Assembly (NCBI GenBank): GCA_963773635.1
Contig: CAVZBW010000007.1
Coordinates: forward strand, 964-64,963
Direction: 5' to 3'
Source of the DNA: an uncultured Actinomycetes bacterium
GTDB lineage: Bacteria > Actinomycetota > Acidimicrobiia > Acidimicrobiales > RAAP-2
DNA length: 64,000 nucleotides
Positions 34,580 to 42,659 of this stretch are shown in pieces. Position 1 is the stretch's first letter. Each line of letters starts with the position of its first letter. Position numbers and translations under genes: made by a program. The notes under the pieces are model-generated. The model worked only from the letters and a program-made list of their open reading frames with translations. It ran no database searches and had not been told where the DNA came from.

Positions 34580-35555
34580 TCAGATCAGGTCCAGCCCGTC
34601 CCGGGTCCTCGCCAGGTAGGTCACCATGAGGGCGAGCAGCGAGACGGCGACGATCCCGACCGACTCGAACATGGCGTAAAAGTCGAGGAATGTCCCGATC
34701 GGCGGGTTGCCGGGCGCGGCGCTGCGGAAGGTGATCAACGCGAAGAGCAGGGCGCCGAGAATCGCCAGGACCCTCGGGTCGAAGGGGCGTCGCCGGATGA
34801 TGATGGCGACCGTGATGCCGGCCGACACGAGGGCCAGGGACCAGTAGATCGCGATCATCGCCAGGACCCAGCCCTTGATCCGTGGGCTGCGCCAGACCTG
34901 CAGGGTCAAGATCCATGTTCCTTCGGGCTGGTGTTCTCCCTTGGCAGCCAGCTGCATCTGAGCCGCCGCGGAGAAGCCGGCCGCGACGTTGACCGCGTTG
35001 ACGTCGAAGGGCAGCAGTCGCCGGTCGCGCGTGTGGGGCCCGCTTGGCACGACGGTGTCGGTCCCACTCACGACCAGGACGCCGATTTGGAGCGCGTACG
35101 AGTCGAAGGGATAGTCGGCAATATCGCCACTGCGAAAGGAGACCCTGGTCGTCAACTCGGGTATGAGCTGGCCCGGCCGTACGACGATCGCCGGATTGGC
35201 GCCGAAATTGGAGAAGACCACCGCCCCCTCGGGGGGCAGGGTCGTCCCCGGAGCGGCGACGACTCGCGCTTGCACCGATCCCGCCGCCGCGTAGACGGAG
35301 TCGAGGGTGATCAACAGGTCGACGGCGGATTGCTTGTCGTTGACCGGGCGCTGCGAGAGGAACGGTTGGGTCTCCGTCGTGGCGTTCTGGGAAGGGATCC
35401 CGAGGTAGACGAACAAGCCGGCGGCCAGCAGGAGCAGCGCTGCTGCGACCAGGATCCACCGCGTGCCGGCGGTCGAAGCGCGGCGGTGAGCTCTTGGAGG
35501 TCCCTGGGGCGACCTCGCTCCGCTCGCCGCGGGGGCGGCCGCCGTGAATGCTCAT
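34580..35555 (-). CDS. DUF4436-like membrane protein; the N-terminal TM helix is reachable only through a 1-nt frame correction near 35463..35469
   Basis: The body (34580..35416) contains DYPFDSY and C-terminal TM helices. The expected N-terminal helix RWILVAAALLLLAAGLFVYLG is in frame but has no ATG/GTG/TTG start. ATG at 35555 is in the adjacent frame. Confidence 0.5.
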
Positions 35556-35565
35556 CGGTGCACGC

Positions 35566-35826
35566 TCAGGGGGTCTCGTCCACCTCGAGGAGGTCCACGC
35601 CCGAGAGGTCCACCCACGTGCGCCCCCGTCCGTCTCGCACGAGCCGCACCTGGACGCGGCCGCAATGGCGACATCGCGCCACGAGCCCCGGGCCCTCGGC
35701 GAAGACCACCCAGGTGGCGGCCGGCGCCTGGGTGCGACAGCCGGCGCACGTCGCCAGGGTGGCCGTGATCTCGAAAGAGAAGACGTCGGCGAGGGCGCCG
35801 GCGAGCACGTTGCCGTCGAGGCTCAT
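35566..35826 (-). CDS. DUF6510-like small four-Cys protein (86 aa)
   Basis: MSLDGNVLAGAL..., with CAGC (27-30) and CRHC (52-55). Its ATG overlaps the FNR stop (ATGA). Confidence 0.65.
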   Translation of the reverse strand: MSLDGNVLAGALADVFSFEITATLATCAGCRTQAPAATWVVFAEGPGLVARCRHCGRVQVRLVRDGRGRTWVDLSGVDLLEVDETP

Positions 35827-36581
35827 GATCCCCCTCCACTCGGTCCGAACCGCTCCGTCTTGACCCTGCTGGGCTCGTGGCCCAGCAGGACCAGGCCGTT
35901 CGCCGTGGCCTCGACGAAGGGCGTCGGACCGCAGACGAAGACGGCGCTCGCGCCCCTCTCGGCGAGGCGCACCTCCGCCAGCATCCTGGCGTCGATCCGA
36001 CGACGGTATCCCGCCCACTGCGGTGAGGCCTCCCGCGTGAGGGTGTAGACGGCGTCGAAGCCGTCGCCGGCGTGCGCCATCTCGGCCAGCTCGGCCCGGT
36101 AGAGCAGGTCCTGTTCTCGCCGAGCCGAATAGAGGAGCCGCATGCGGGTGCGGATGCCCCGCCGCCGCCGGTGCCGGGCCATGGACATCAGCGGCACGAC
36201 CCCCGACCCTCCTGCCACGAGCAGGACCGGAGCGGGGTCCGTGTCGTCCCAGACGAAGTAGCCGCCGACCGGTCCCCGAACCTCGAACTGATCGCCCGGC
36301 TCGGCGACCGTCGTCAGCCAGGGCGAGACCTCGCCATCGGGTATGCGCTCGACGGTCAGGGACACCGAGGGATCGTCCGGGGCCGAGGCGATGGAGTAGC
36401 TCCGCTCCGCCTGGTAGCCGTCGTCCGCCGTGAGCCGCACGTCGACATGCTGTCCGGGTCGGTGGGTGATCCGTTCCTCCGACTCAAGGGTCAGCGTCAC
36501 CGCCCGGTCGGTTTCCGGCGCCACGGAGCCGACGGTGACCACCCGCCAGGTCAGTCGCCCCAGTATCGCTGTTCGCGCCAC
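35823..36581 (-). CDS. FNR-like FAD/NAD(P)-binding oxidoreductase (ferredoxin-reductase type, no Fe-S domain)
   Basis: RSYSIAS (RxYS FAD motif) and LLVAGGSGVVPLMSM (NAD motif). 252 aa. Confidence 0.8.
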   Translation of the reverse strand: MARTAILGRLTWRVVTVGSVAPETDRAVTLTLESEERITHRPGQHVDVRLTADDGYQAERSYSIASAPDDPSVSLTVERIPDGEVSPWLTTVAEPGDQFEVRGPVGGYFVWDDTDPAPVLLVAGGSGVVPLMSMARHRRRRGIRTRMRLLYSARREQDLLYRAELAEMAHAGDGFDAVYTLTREASPQWAGYRRRIDARMLAEVRLAERGASAVFVCGPTPFVEATANGLVLLGHEPSRVKTERFGPSGGGS

Positions 36582-37168
36582 GGGTCTCCGTAGTTGTTGT
36601 AGCCGAGGCGCTCCCAGAACCCCGGCTCGTCACGCTCCACGAAGCGGAGGCCGCGGACCCACTTGGCGCTCTTCCAGAAATAGAGGTGCGGGACGAGGAG
36701 CCGAGCGGGTCCCCCGTGCTCGGGTTCCAGATCATGACCGTCATAGCCGGTGGCGATCCAGGCCTGACCGTCCGTGATGTCGGCGACCGGCAGGTTGGTC
36801 GTGTAGTCGCCCTCGGCAAAGGCGACCACATAGGCGGCCTCCGGCAGGATGCCTTCGAGGAGGACGTCGAGGCTGACCCCCTGCCAGCTCATGTCGAGCT
36901 TGGACCATTTGGTTACGCAGTGGATGTCGCACTTCACCGTCTCCTGGGGCAGAGCAAGCAACTCCTCCCAGTCCCAGCGCGCCAGCTGCCTCCCGTCGGG
37001 CCCGACCAGCCGGAAGTCCCAGCCGTCCGGGCGGCGGTGGGGGGTGGGTCCCGCGGAGAGGACCGGGAAGTCGCTGACCAGGTACTGCCCGGGCGGGACC
37101 CGGGAACGCTCGCCTCCGGCCCGCTTCCCCCGGAAGCCCCTCGTCACGATCCCGCGGACGCTACTCAT
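36551..37168 (-). CDS. molybdopterin-dependent oxidoreductase (sulfite-oxidase fold, YedY/MsrP-like, cytoplasmic)
   Basis: DIHCVTKWSKLDMSWQGVSL and HGGPARLLVPHLYFWKSAKW are typical SUOX-fold blocks. No signal peptide seen. Confidence 0.8.
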   Translation of the reverse strand: MSSVRGIVTRGFRGKRAGGERSRVPPGQYLVSDFPVLSAGPTPHRRPDGWDFRLVGPDGRQLARWDWEELLALPQETVKCDIHCVTKWSKLDMSWQGVSLDVLLEGILPEAAYVVAFAEGDYTTNLPVADITDGQAWIATGYDGHDLEPEHGGPARLLVPHLYFWKSAKWVRGLRFVERDEPGFWERLGYNNYGDPWREQRYWGD

Positions 37169-37325
37169 CGGCGAAACCCTCGGGGTTGTCCAGCTCGAGT
37201 CCGAGCTCGTGGAGCTCCTTGCGGTCGAGCAGCAGCTGCTCGTCCGGGCTCACCTCGTCGTCGTCGATGCCGTCGTCCACGAACTCCGCACCGTCGCCCA
37301 ACGACTCACGCCCAGGGGTGTCCAT
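37161..37325 (-). CDS. unannotated 54-aa acidic ORF, translationally coupled to the Mo-oxidoreductase
   Basis: Absent from the ORF track (below its size cutoff). ATG 37325 to TAG 37161. Translation: MDTPGRESLGDGAEFVDDGIDDDEVSPDEQLLLDRKELHELGLELDNPEGFADE. Nearly all codons end in G or C. Its stop overlaps the downstream ATG (GATGAGTAG). Confidence 0.45.
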   Translation of the reverse strand: MDTPGRESLGDGAEFVDDGIDDDEVSPDEQLLLDRKELHELGLELDNPEGFADE

Positions 37326-37426
37326 TGCGCATCGACCTCGTTTAGGGTGCGGTCCTCAGGGTGCGGCCCGAGGGGCCCGATCCTAACGGATAGGTCCCGG
37401 ACGGGACCGTCCGCCCGGGCCTTGCC

Positions 37427-39289
37427 GTGTTGTGGCCCACCCTCTGGTACATCAAGATCGCCATCGTGAGCGAGAAGGTCGCGGACGCCCAAGAACTGGC
37501 CGCGCAGGTGCGCCGATCCCTGGCCACACCCGAGGGTCGCAGGGATCCCTATCCCCTGTACCGGCGGCTGCGGGAGGTGGCCCCCGTCGCTCGGGCGGAG
37601 CCGGGAGTCTGGCTGGTCACCGGCTACTCTGCGGCGCGGTCGGTGTTGCGAGATCCGCGATTGGTGCGCGGCTACGACCGCACGCAAGAGCTGCTGCGGC
37701 CCGAGGGCCTGGACCGGCCGGCCACGGTCCTCGGCAGCGCAACGCTCCTCAACCTCGACGGACCCGCCCACACGCGCCTCCGCCGGCTCGTCTCCCGGTC
37801 GTTCCAGTTCTCGGCGACGGACGTCCTGCAGCCTCTGCTCGAGGCGATCACCAAGGAGCTGCTCGACGGTCTCGAGGACTCCGGAGGTGGCGATCTGGTC
37901 GAGACGTTTTGCGCGCCCTTGCCCCGGCGGGTGATCGCCGCCCGGCTCGGGGTCCCCCCGTCGGAAGCCCAGACCTTCGACGAGCATGCCCGGGCGGTGA
38001 CGGCGGTGCTCGAGATGGACGTCGGGGCCGAGGAACTGGCCAGGGCCGACCAGGCGGCGACGGCGCTAGAGGAGTACTTCACGGGGCTGCTCGAGTTCCG
38101 CCGCCGCCGGCCCGCTGACGATCTCATGAGCTCCCTCGCCCAGGGCGACGACGGACGGCACGGTCTCGTCGCGCTGCAGGTGACCGCCCTCGCCATCCAA
38201 CTGTTCTCGGCGGGGCTGGACAACGTGGCCAACCAGATCGGCAACGCGGTGATCGGCCTGTTGGCGGAGCCCTGGCAGACCGAGCTGCTACGTCACCGAC
38301 CCGCGCGTTGCACCGGGCTCCCCGACGAGCTGTTCCGTCACGACGCGGCGGTCCAGCTCACCGTCCGCACGGCGGAACAGGAGGTGGGCGTCGGGGGGGT
38401 GACGATTGGTGCCGGCGAGACCGTGATCGTGTTGCTCGGAGCGGCCAATCGGGACCCCCGACGCCATTCCAACCCGGACCATCTCGACGTCGAACGAACC
38501 GACTCGCGTCCGCTGAGCTTCGGTGGAGGGGTCCATCACTGCGTAGGCTTTCACCTGGCCCGCGCCGAGGTCGAGACCGCGCTGCGCGGTTTGTTCGGAC
38601 GCTTCGCGGTCGTCGAACCGCTCCAGCCGGCTCGCTTCCGGGACCGGTTGGGTGTGCGCGGCCCGAGCTCGCTCGTGGTGCACGTAGCGACCTCCGGAGG
38701 GCGACGCGTCGCCCCGGCCGAGCGGGTGGGGAGCCTCGCCTCCCTGGTCGGCGGCGAACCGGGCCGCGCGACGGCCGACGAATTGGGTGTTCGACCGGTC
38801 GGAGGAGAGGACCACTCGTGGAGGGCCGCCTATCGCGCCACCCTCGAGGCCAGCCCGCGTCCGGGAGGAGCGGAGCGAGACGATCTTGTCGATCTGTTTT
38901 CGCGCGTCCGCTTCTTTGCCGGATGCACGCGGGCGGAGCTCGCCGACCTCGTGTCGACGGCGTACCCGATCGCTTTCGAGGCGGGCGAGGCGATCTGCAG
39001 CGAGGGGACGTCGTCCGGTGAGTGCTGGGTCATCGCCGAGGGCGTGGCCCACGTGTCGATCGAGGGCGAGGTGGCGGCACGCATCCACGCCGACAGCGTG
39101 GTGGGCGAGCGCGGACTGCTGCTCAACCGTCCCCGGGCAGCAACCGTCACGGCCGACGAGCACGTGATCGCCTACGCGGTGTCTCGCGACCGCCTCGTGA
39201 GGCTGATCAACGCCAGCCCGACGGCGCGCGAGGGCATGCTGGCCGACCTCCGTCTCCGCTACGGAGAGGACCTGGGCGGCGACCCGTGA
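37427..39289 (+). CDS. cytochrome P450 fused to a C-terminal cyclic-nucleotide-binding domain
   Basis: P450 parts: ExxR (ELFR), heme loop FGGGVHHCVG, end of fold about aa 420. CNB domain at aa ~485-600 with phosphate-binding cassette GERGLLLNRPRAATVTA. Start is 37427 or GTG 37466. Confidence 0.8.
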   Translation: MLWPTLWYIKIAIVSEKVADAQELAAQVRRSLATPEGRRDPYPLYRRLREVAPVARAEPGVWLVTGYSAARSVLRDPRLVRGYDRTQELLRPEGLDRPATVLGSATLLNLDGPAHTRLRRLVSRSFQFSATDVLQPLLEAITKELLDGLEDSGGGDLVETFCAPLPRRVIAARLGVPPSEAQTFDEHARAVTAVLEMDVGAEELARADQAATALEEYFTGLLEFRRRRPADDLMSSLAQGDDGRHGLVALQVTALAIQLFSAGLDNVANQIGNAVIGLLAEPWQTELLRHRPARCTGLPDELFRHDAAVQLTVRTAEQEVGVGGVTIGAGETVIVLLGAANRDPRRHSNPDHLDVERTDSRPLSFGGGVHHCVGFHLARAEVETALRGLFGRFAVVEPLQPARFRDRLGVRGPSSLVVHVATSGGRRVAPAERVGSLASLVGGEPGRATADELGVRPVGGEDHSWRAAYRATLEASPRPGGAERDDLVDLFSRVRFFAGCTRAELADLVSTAYPIAFEAGEAICSEGTSSGECWVIAEGVAHVSIEGEVAARIHADSVVGERGLLLNRPRAATVTADEHVIAYAVSRDRLVRLINASPTAREGMLADLRLRYGEDLGGDP

Positions 39290-39420
39290 CGACCCGGGCT
39301 CCTCTTGATACTGTAGGAATACCATTGGATTTGTGATGTCCAGTCTTTGAGATGTCCAGGCCCGTTGTCCCCGGCGATCGGGGGTGGCGAGGTCGTCGGA
39401 CCGAGGGGAAGGCAGGAGCG

Positions 39421-39909
39421 ATGACCGTCACCGACGAGTTCTTGGCGAACAACGAGCGATATGCCGCGACCTACCGCGGAGGCTTGCCCTTGCCGCCGTC
39501 CAAGCAGGTCGCCGTGGTCGCCTGCATGGACGCTCGGCTCAACGTCTACGGGATCCTCGGCTTGGGCGACGGCGAGGGGCACGTGATCCGCAACGCCGGG
39601 GGCGTCATCACCGACGACGAGATCCGCTCGCTCGCGATCAGCCAGCGGCTGCTCGGGACCAGGGAGATCGTGCTGATCCACCACACCGAGTGCGGCATGC
39701 TGACCTTCACCGACGACTCGTTCAAGCGCGCCGTCCAAGACGAGACGGGGATCAAGCCGCCGTGGTCCGCCGAGTCCTTCACGGATCTCGACGAGGACGT
39801 CCGCCAGTCGATCGCACGGATCCGATCCAGCCCCTTCATCCCTCACAAGGACTCGATCCGGGGGTTCGTCTTCGACGTCGCGACGGGCAAGCTCCACGAG
39901 GTGACCTGA
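39421..39909 (+). CDS. beta-class carbonic anhydrase
   Basis: VVACMDARL and HHTECGM zinc-ligand motifs. ATG at 39421. Confidence 0.85.
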   Translation: MTVTDEFLANNERYAATYRGGLPLPPSKQVAVVACMDARLNVYGILGLGDGEGHVIRNAGGVITDDEIRSLAISQRLLGTREIVLIHHTECGMLTFTDDSFKRAVQDETGIKPPWSAESFTDLDEDVRQSIARIRSSPFIPHKDSIRGFVFDVATGKLHEVT

Positions 39910-40020
39910 ACCACCCGAGGGTCGCCCCCGAGCCGTGGAGGCGGCCAGCGGGTGGCCTCCCCGGCGTGGCCGGCATGGCCGCGTTGGCGCACACGTTCCC
40001 CGAGTGCTACACCGCGGGGG

Positions 40021-40900
40021 ATGACGGTCGCCTTCGCCCTCCTCGCGGCGCTCGGTAACGCGGTCAACGTCATCACCCAGCACATCGCCAGCACGAGCGA
40101 CCCGCAGCGGTCCACGGGCTGGCGACTGGTCGTCTATCTGTTCAAGAACCCGTTGTGGCTCCTCGGATGGGTGGCGCTCCTCGGTGCCTTCGTCTTCCAG
40201 GCGCTGGCCCTGCACGCCGGGCAGCTCTCGGTGGTCCAGACCCTGCTCATCACCGAGCTGGTCTTCGCGCTCTTGCTGCGGCGCATCTGGATCCGGCAGG
40301 CCATCAGCGCCTCGGCGTGGGCCTCCGCCGCGCTCGACCTCGGCGGCCGTCGCCGTCTTCCTCACCGTGGCCGAGCCTCGAGGCGGCCATCTCACGCCGA
40401 CCTCGGGCGCCTGGCTCTCCTCGATCCTCGGGTGCGGCCTGGCGGCGGCGGTCGCCGGACTGTTGGCCTTGCGGGGCCCGCCCGCCCGTCGGGCGGCGCT
40501 GTTGGCCACCTCCGCGGGGATGGTCTGGGCCCTCGAGGCCACCTTCATCAAGTCCATGACGGACACGCTGGTGAGCGACGGCATCGGCGGCTCCCTGGCA
40601 CGCTGGCCCATCTACGCGGTGGCGGTCGGCGGGGTCGTGGGCACCCTCCTCGTCCAGGCTGCCCTCCATGTCGGACCGCTCCGGGCGTCCCAGCCGTTCT
40701 TGGTGATCGTTGATCCGGTGGTCTCGATCTTCCTGAGCGTCCATCTGTTTGACGAGTACTTCACCGGCGGGGTGGCGGACCTGCTGATTGGCTCGGTCGC
40801 CTTCGTCGTCATGTGCGTAGGCGTGGTCCTGCTGACGCGGACGGTCCCAGAGGACGTCCAAGGACCCGCGGCCGCCGTTCAGCCGACGAGCTCGGGGTGA
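40021..40900 (+). pseudogene. DMT/EamA-like membrane protein with a +1 frame break at about 40347
   Basis: The N-terminal half is in the ORF 39952 frame (…AWASAALDLGG). The hydrophobic C-terminal half is in the ORF 40184 frame (VAVFLTVAEPRGGH…). Deleting one C from ggcggCCgtc joins them. Confidence 0.65.
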
Positions 40901-42612
40901 CGCTGCAAGGCCGCCCGGGCGGCGATCCGTCCCGCCTCGACGGCCTCGTTCATCTGTCCGAAATTCAGGAGACCCACGCGTGTCACGTCGGGCTCGATCA
41001 CCGCGGCCAGCCGGGGCAGGTCCGAGAGCGGCCGGGCCGACGCCGCCAGGTCGATGCTGCGGATCAGCGTGTCCTGGATCGAAGGAAGCTGCTCGTCGGT
41101 ACCGCCGATGAGCCGGCGGACGACGGCCGGGGGCTGGACCGGTAGGAGTCCGTAGCCCCGGCGGGGGATGAACGCCCGCCGGAGGTCGACGCAGATCGCC
41201 TGCCCGTCGGCGTCGGCGACCATGACGTCCGCCGGCAGGTTGTTGAGCAGCCCGCCGTCCACCAGGATGCGGTCCCCGTCCTTGACGGGGGGGAGGAGGC
41301 CCGGTATCGACATCGAGGCGCGCACCGCGCGCCACAGCGATCCGCGGCGATGCACGATCTCCTTGCCGGTGATCAGGTCGGCCGAAATGGAAAAGAATCC
41401 CTTGGGCAGCTCCTCGATCAGCGTGTCGCCCACGACGTCCGTCCTGAGCCGCTCGATGCGCTCGCCCTTGATGAGGGCGACCGCGGGGATGGTGTAGTCG
41501 GCGAGCGGGTTGCCGTGGGCAAAGAGGTGCTTTGCCTGCTCGAGGGCTTCCTCGGGCGACATGCCCATGGCGAATGCGGCAGACGCGATGGCGCCCGCGC
41601 TGGCGCCGCCGAAGCGGTCCAGCGTGACACCGGCCTTGACGAGCTCGCTGTAGACCCCGAAGTGCGCCAGACCCCGGGCCCCGCCGCCCGACATCACGAG
41701 GCCGAGGGAGCGCCCGGCCAGGCGACGGGCGAGGGGTGCCAGGTCGGCCGCCGTGGGCCGGGCGCCGACGTAGTGGTGGGACAACGGCTCCAGCGTGCTC
41801 CACCACTCCGTCGAAGTCTCCTGGTGGGTCACGACCAGGTCGCAGCGTTTGCCCGGGGCCGGGAGGTGCTCTCCTTCGGGCCCCTCCTGTCCGACGAGGA
41901 AGGCGAGCCGGTCTGCCTGGTCGAGCACGTAGTCCCGCCAGGCTGCGCTGGAGCCATGGTCGACGACCATGAGCACCCAGTCGTTGGCCGCTTCTGCTCG
42001 ATCCACGAGCTCCCCGTAGGCCCGGCTGAGCTCCTCCCGGGTGGCCTGCTCGCGGTGGTCCCCCTCTTCGAGGGAGATCGTCTCCGCCCTGCCGTAGGGC
42101 CGGAGCGATTCCCCCAGGGCCCGCGCGATCCGGGGGGCCGAGATGCCGCGGCGGGTGGAGACGATGCCGATGATGCCGTTGCGCCGGATCTCCTGCGCGG
42201 GGCGGGACTGGCGGAGGAGCTGCGCGAGGACGCGCAGGACGTGCCTCTGGATGCCCCGATGCCGGTCCAAGAGCTCGGTGAACGAGGTGTCGGAGATGGC
42301 CCAGAGCTGGCTGTCGCGGACCGCCCGGACTCCGGCGGAGCGCGCCTCGCCGGCGATCACCCCGAATTCACCGATCCATTCCCCGGGCCCGACGTCGCGC
42401 AGGACGGCATCGTGCGCCTCGTCCACGGCCTCCAGGCGACCCGACACCACGATGAAAAACGCAGTGGCCTCGTCGCCGGTGTGGAACAGCCAGTCGCCGG
42501 CCGACACCTGATGGTCGGTCATCAGCCCGGCCATTTCCTCCAGCTCCGACGCGTTGAGACTGGCAAAGAGCGCCGTGCGGCCGAGGGCCGTGAGCTTGCT
42601 CTGGTTCATCAT
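40879..42612 (-). CDS. cyclic-nucleotide-binding domain / patatin-like phospholipase (NTE-like)
   Basis: ATG at 42612. CNB cassette IGEFGVIAGEARSAGVRAV. Patatin motifs MSGGGARG and GASAG, plus a DGG catalytic Asp motif. Confidence 0.85.
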   Translation of the reverse strand: MMNQSKLTALGRTALFASLNASELEEMAGLMTDHQVSAGDWLFHTGDEATAFFIVVSGRLEAVDEAHDAVLRDVGPGEWIGEFGVIAGEARSAGVRAVRDSQLWAISDTSFTELLDRHRGIQRHVLRVLAQLLRQSRPAQEIRRNGIIGIVSTRRGISAPRIARALGESLRPYGRAETISLEEGDHREQATREELSRAYGELVDRAEAANDWVLMVVDHGSSAAWRDYVLDQADRLAFLVGQEGPEGEHLPAPGKRCDLVVTHQETSTEWWSTLEPLSHHYVGARPTAADLAPLARRLAGRSLGLVMSGGGARGLAHFGVYSELVKAGVTLDRFGGASAGAIASAAFAMGMSPEEALEQAKHLFAHGNPLADYTIPAVALIKGERIERLRTDVVGDTLIEELPKGFFSISADLITGKEIVHRRGSLWRAVRASMSIPGLLPPVKDGDRILVDGGLLNNLPADVMVADADGQAICVDLRRAFIPRRGYGLLPVQPPAVVRRLIGGTDEQLPSIQDTLIRSIDLAASARPLSDLPRLAAVIEPDVTRVGLLNFGQMNEAVEAGRIAARAALQRHPELVG

Positions 42613-42659
42613 CGCCCGGCTCCCCTCCAGATCGGCCGAACAATAGTGCAGAGGGGTCC

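Noticed and set aside
37250-37987. 245-aa minus-strand ORF overlapping the P450 5' region
   Set aside because: It is antisense to the P450 coding sequence and has no motifs. The real minus-strand gene here is only the 54-aa ORF ending at 37161.
38680-38880. The P450-CNB fusion as a simple artefact of a lost stop codon
   Set aside because: I checked the other two frames after the P450 fold end. The only nearby stop (TAG 38685) lies within codons that still encode the conserved ...LVVHV end of the fold. No in-frame start precedes the CNB domain apart from a distant TTG/GTG. A simple single-indel artefact is therefore not evident. Read-level confirmation is still required, given the four indel-like frame breaks elsewhere.
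39331-39346. CRP/cAMP-receptor-type site (TGTGA-N6-TCACA) upstream of the carbonic anhydrase
   Set aside because: The left half TGTGA is present, but the right half reads GTCTT, so it is not a credible CRP palindrome.
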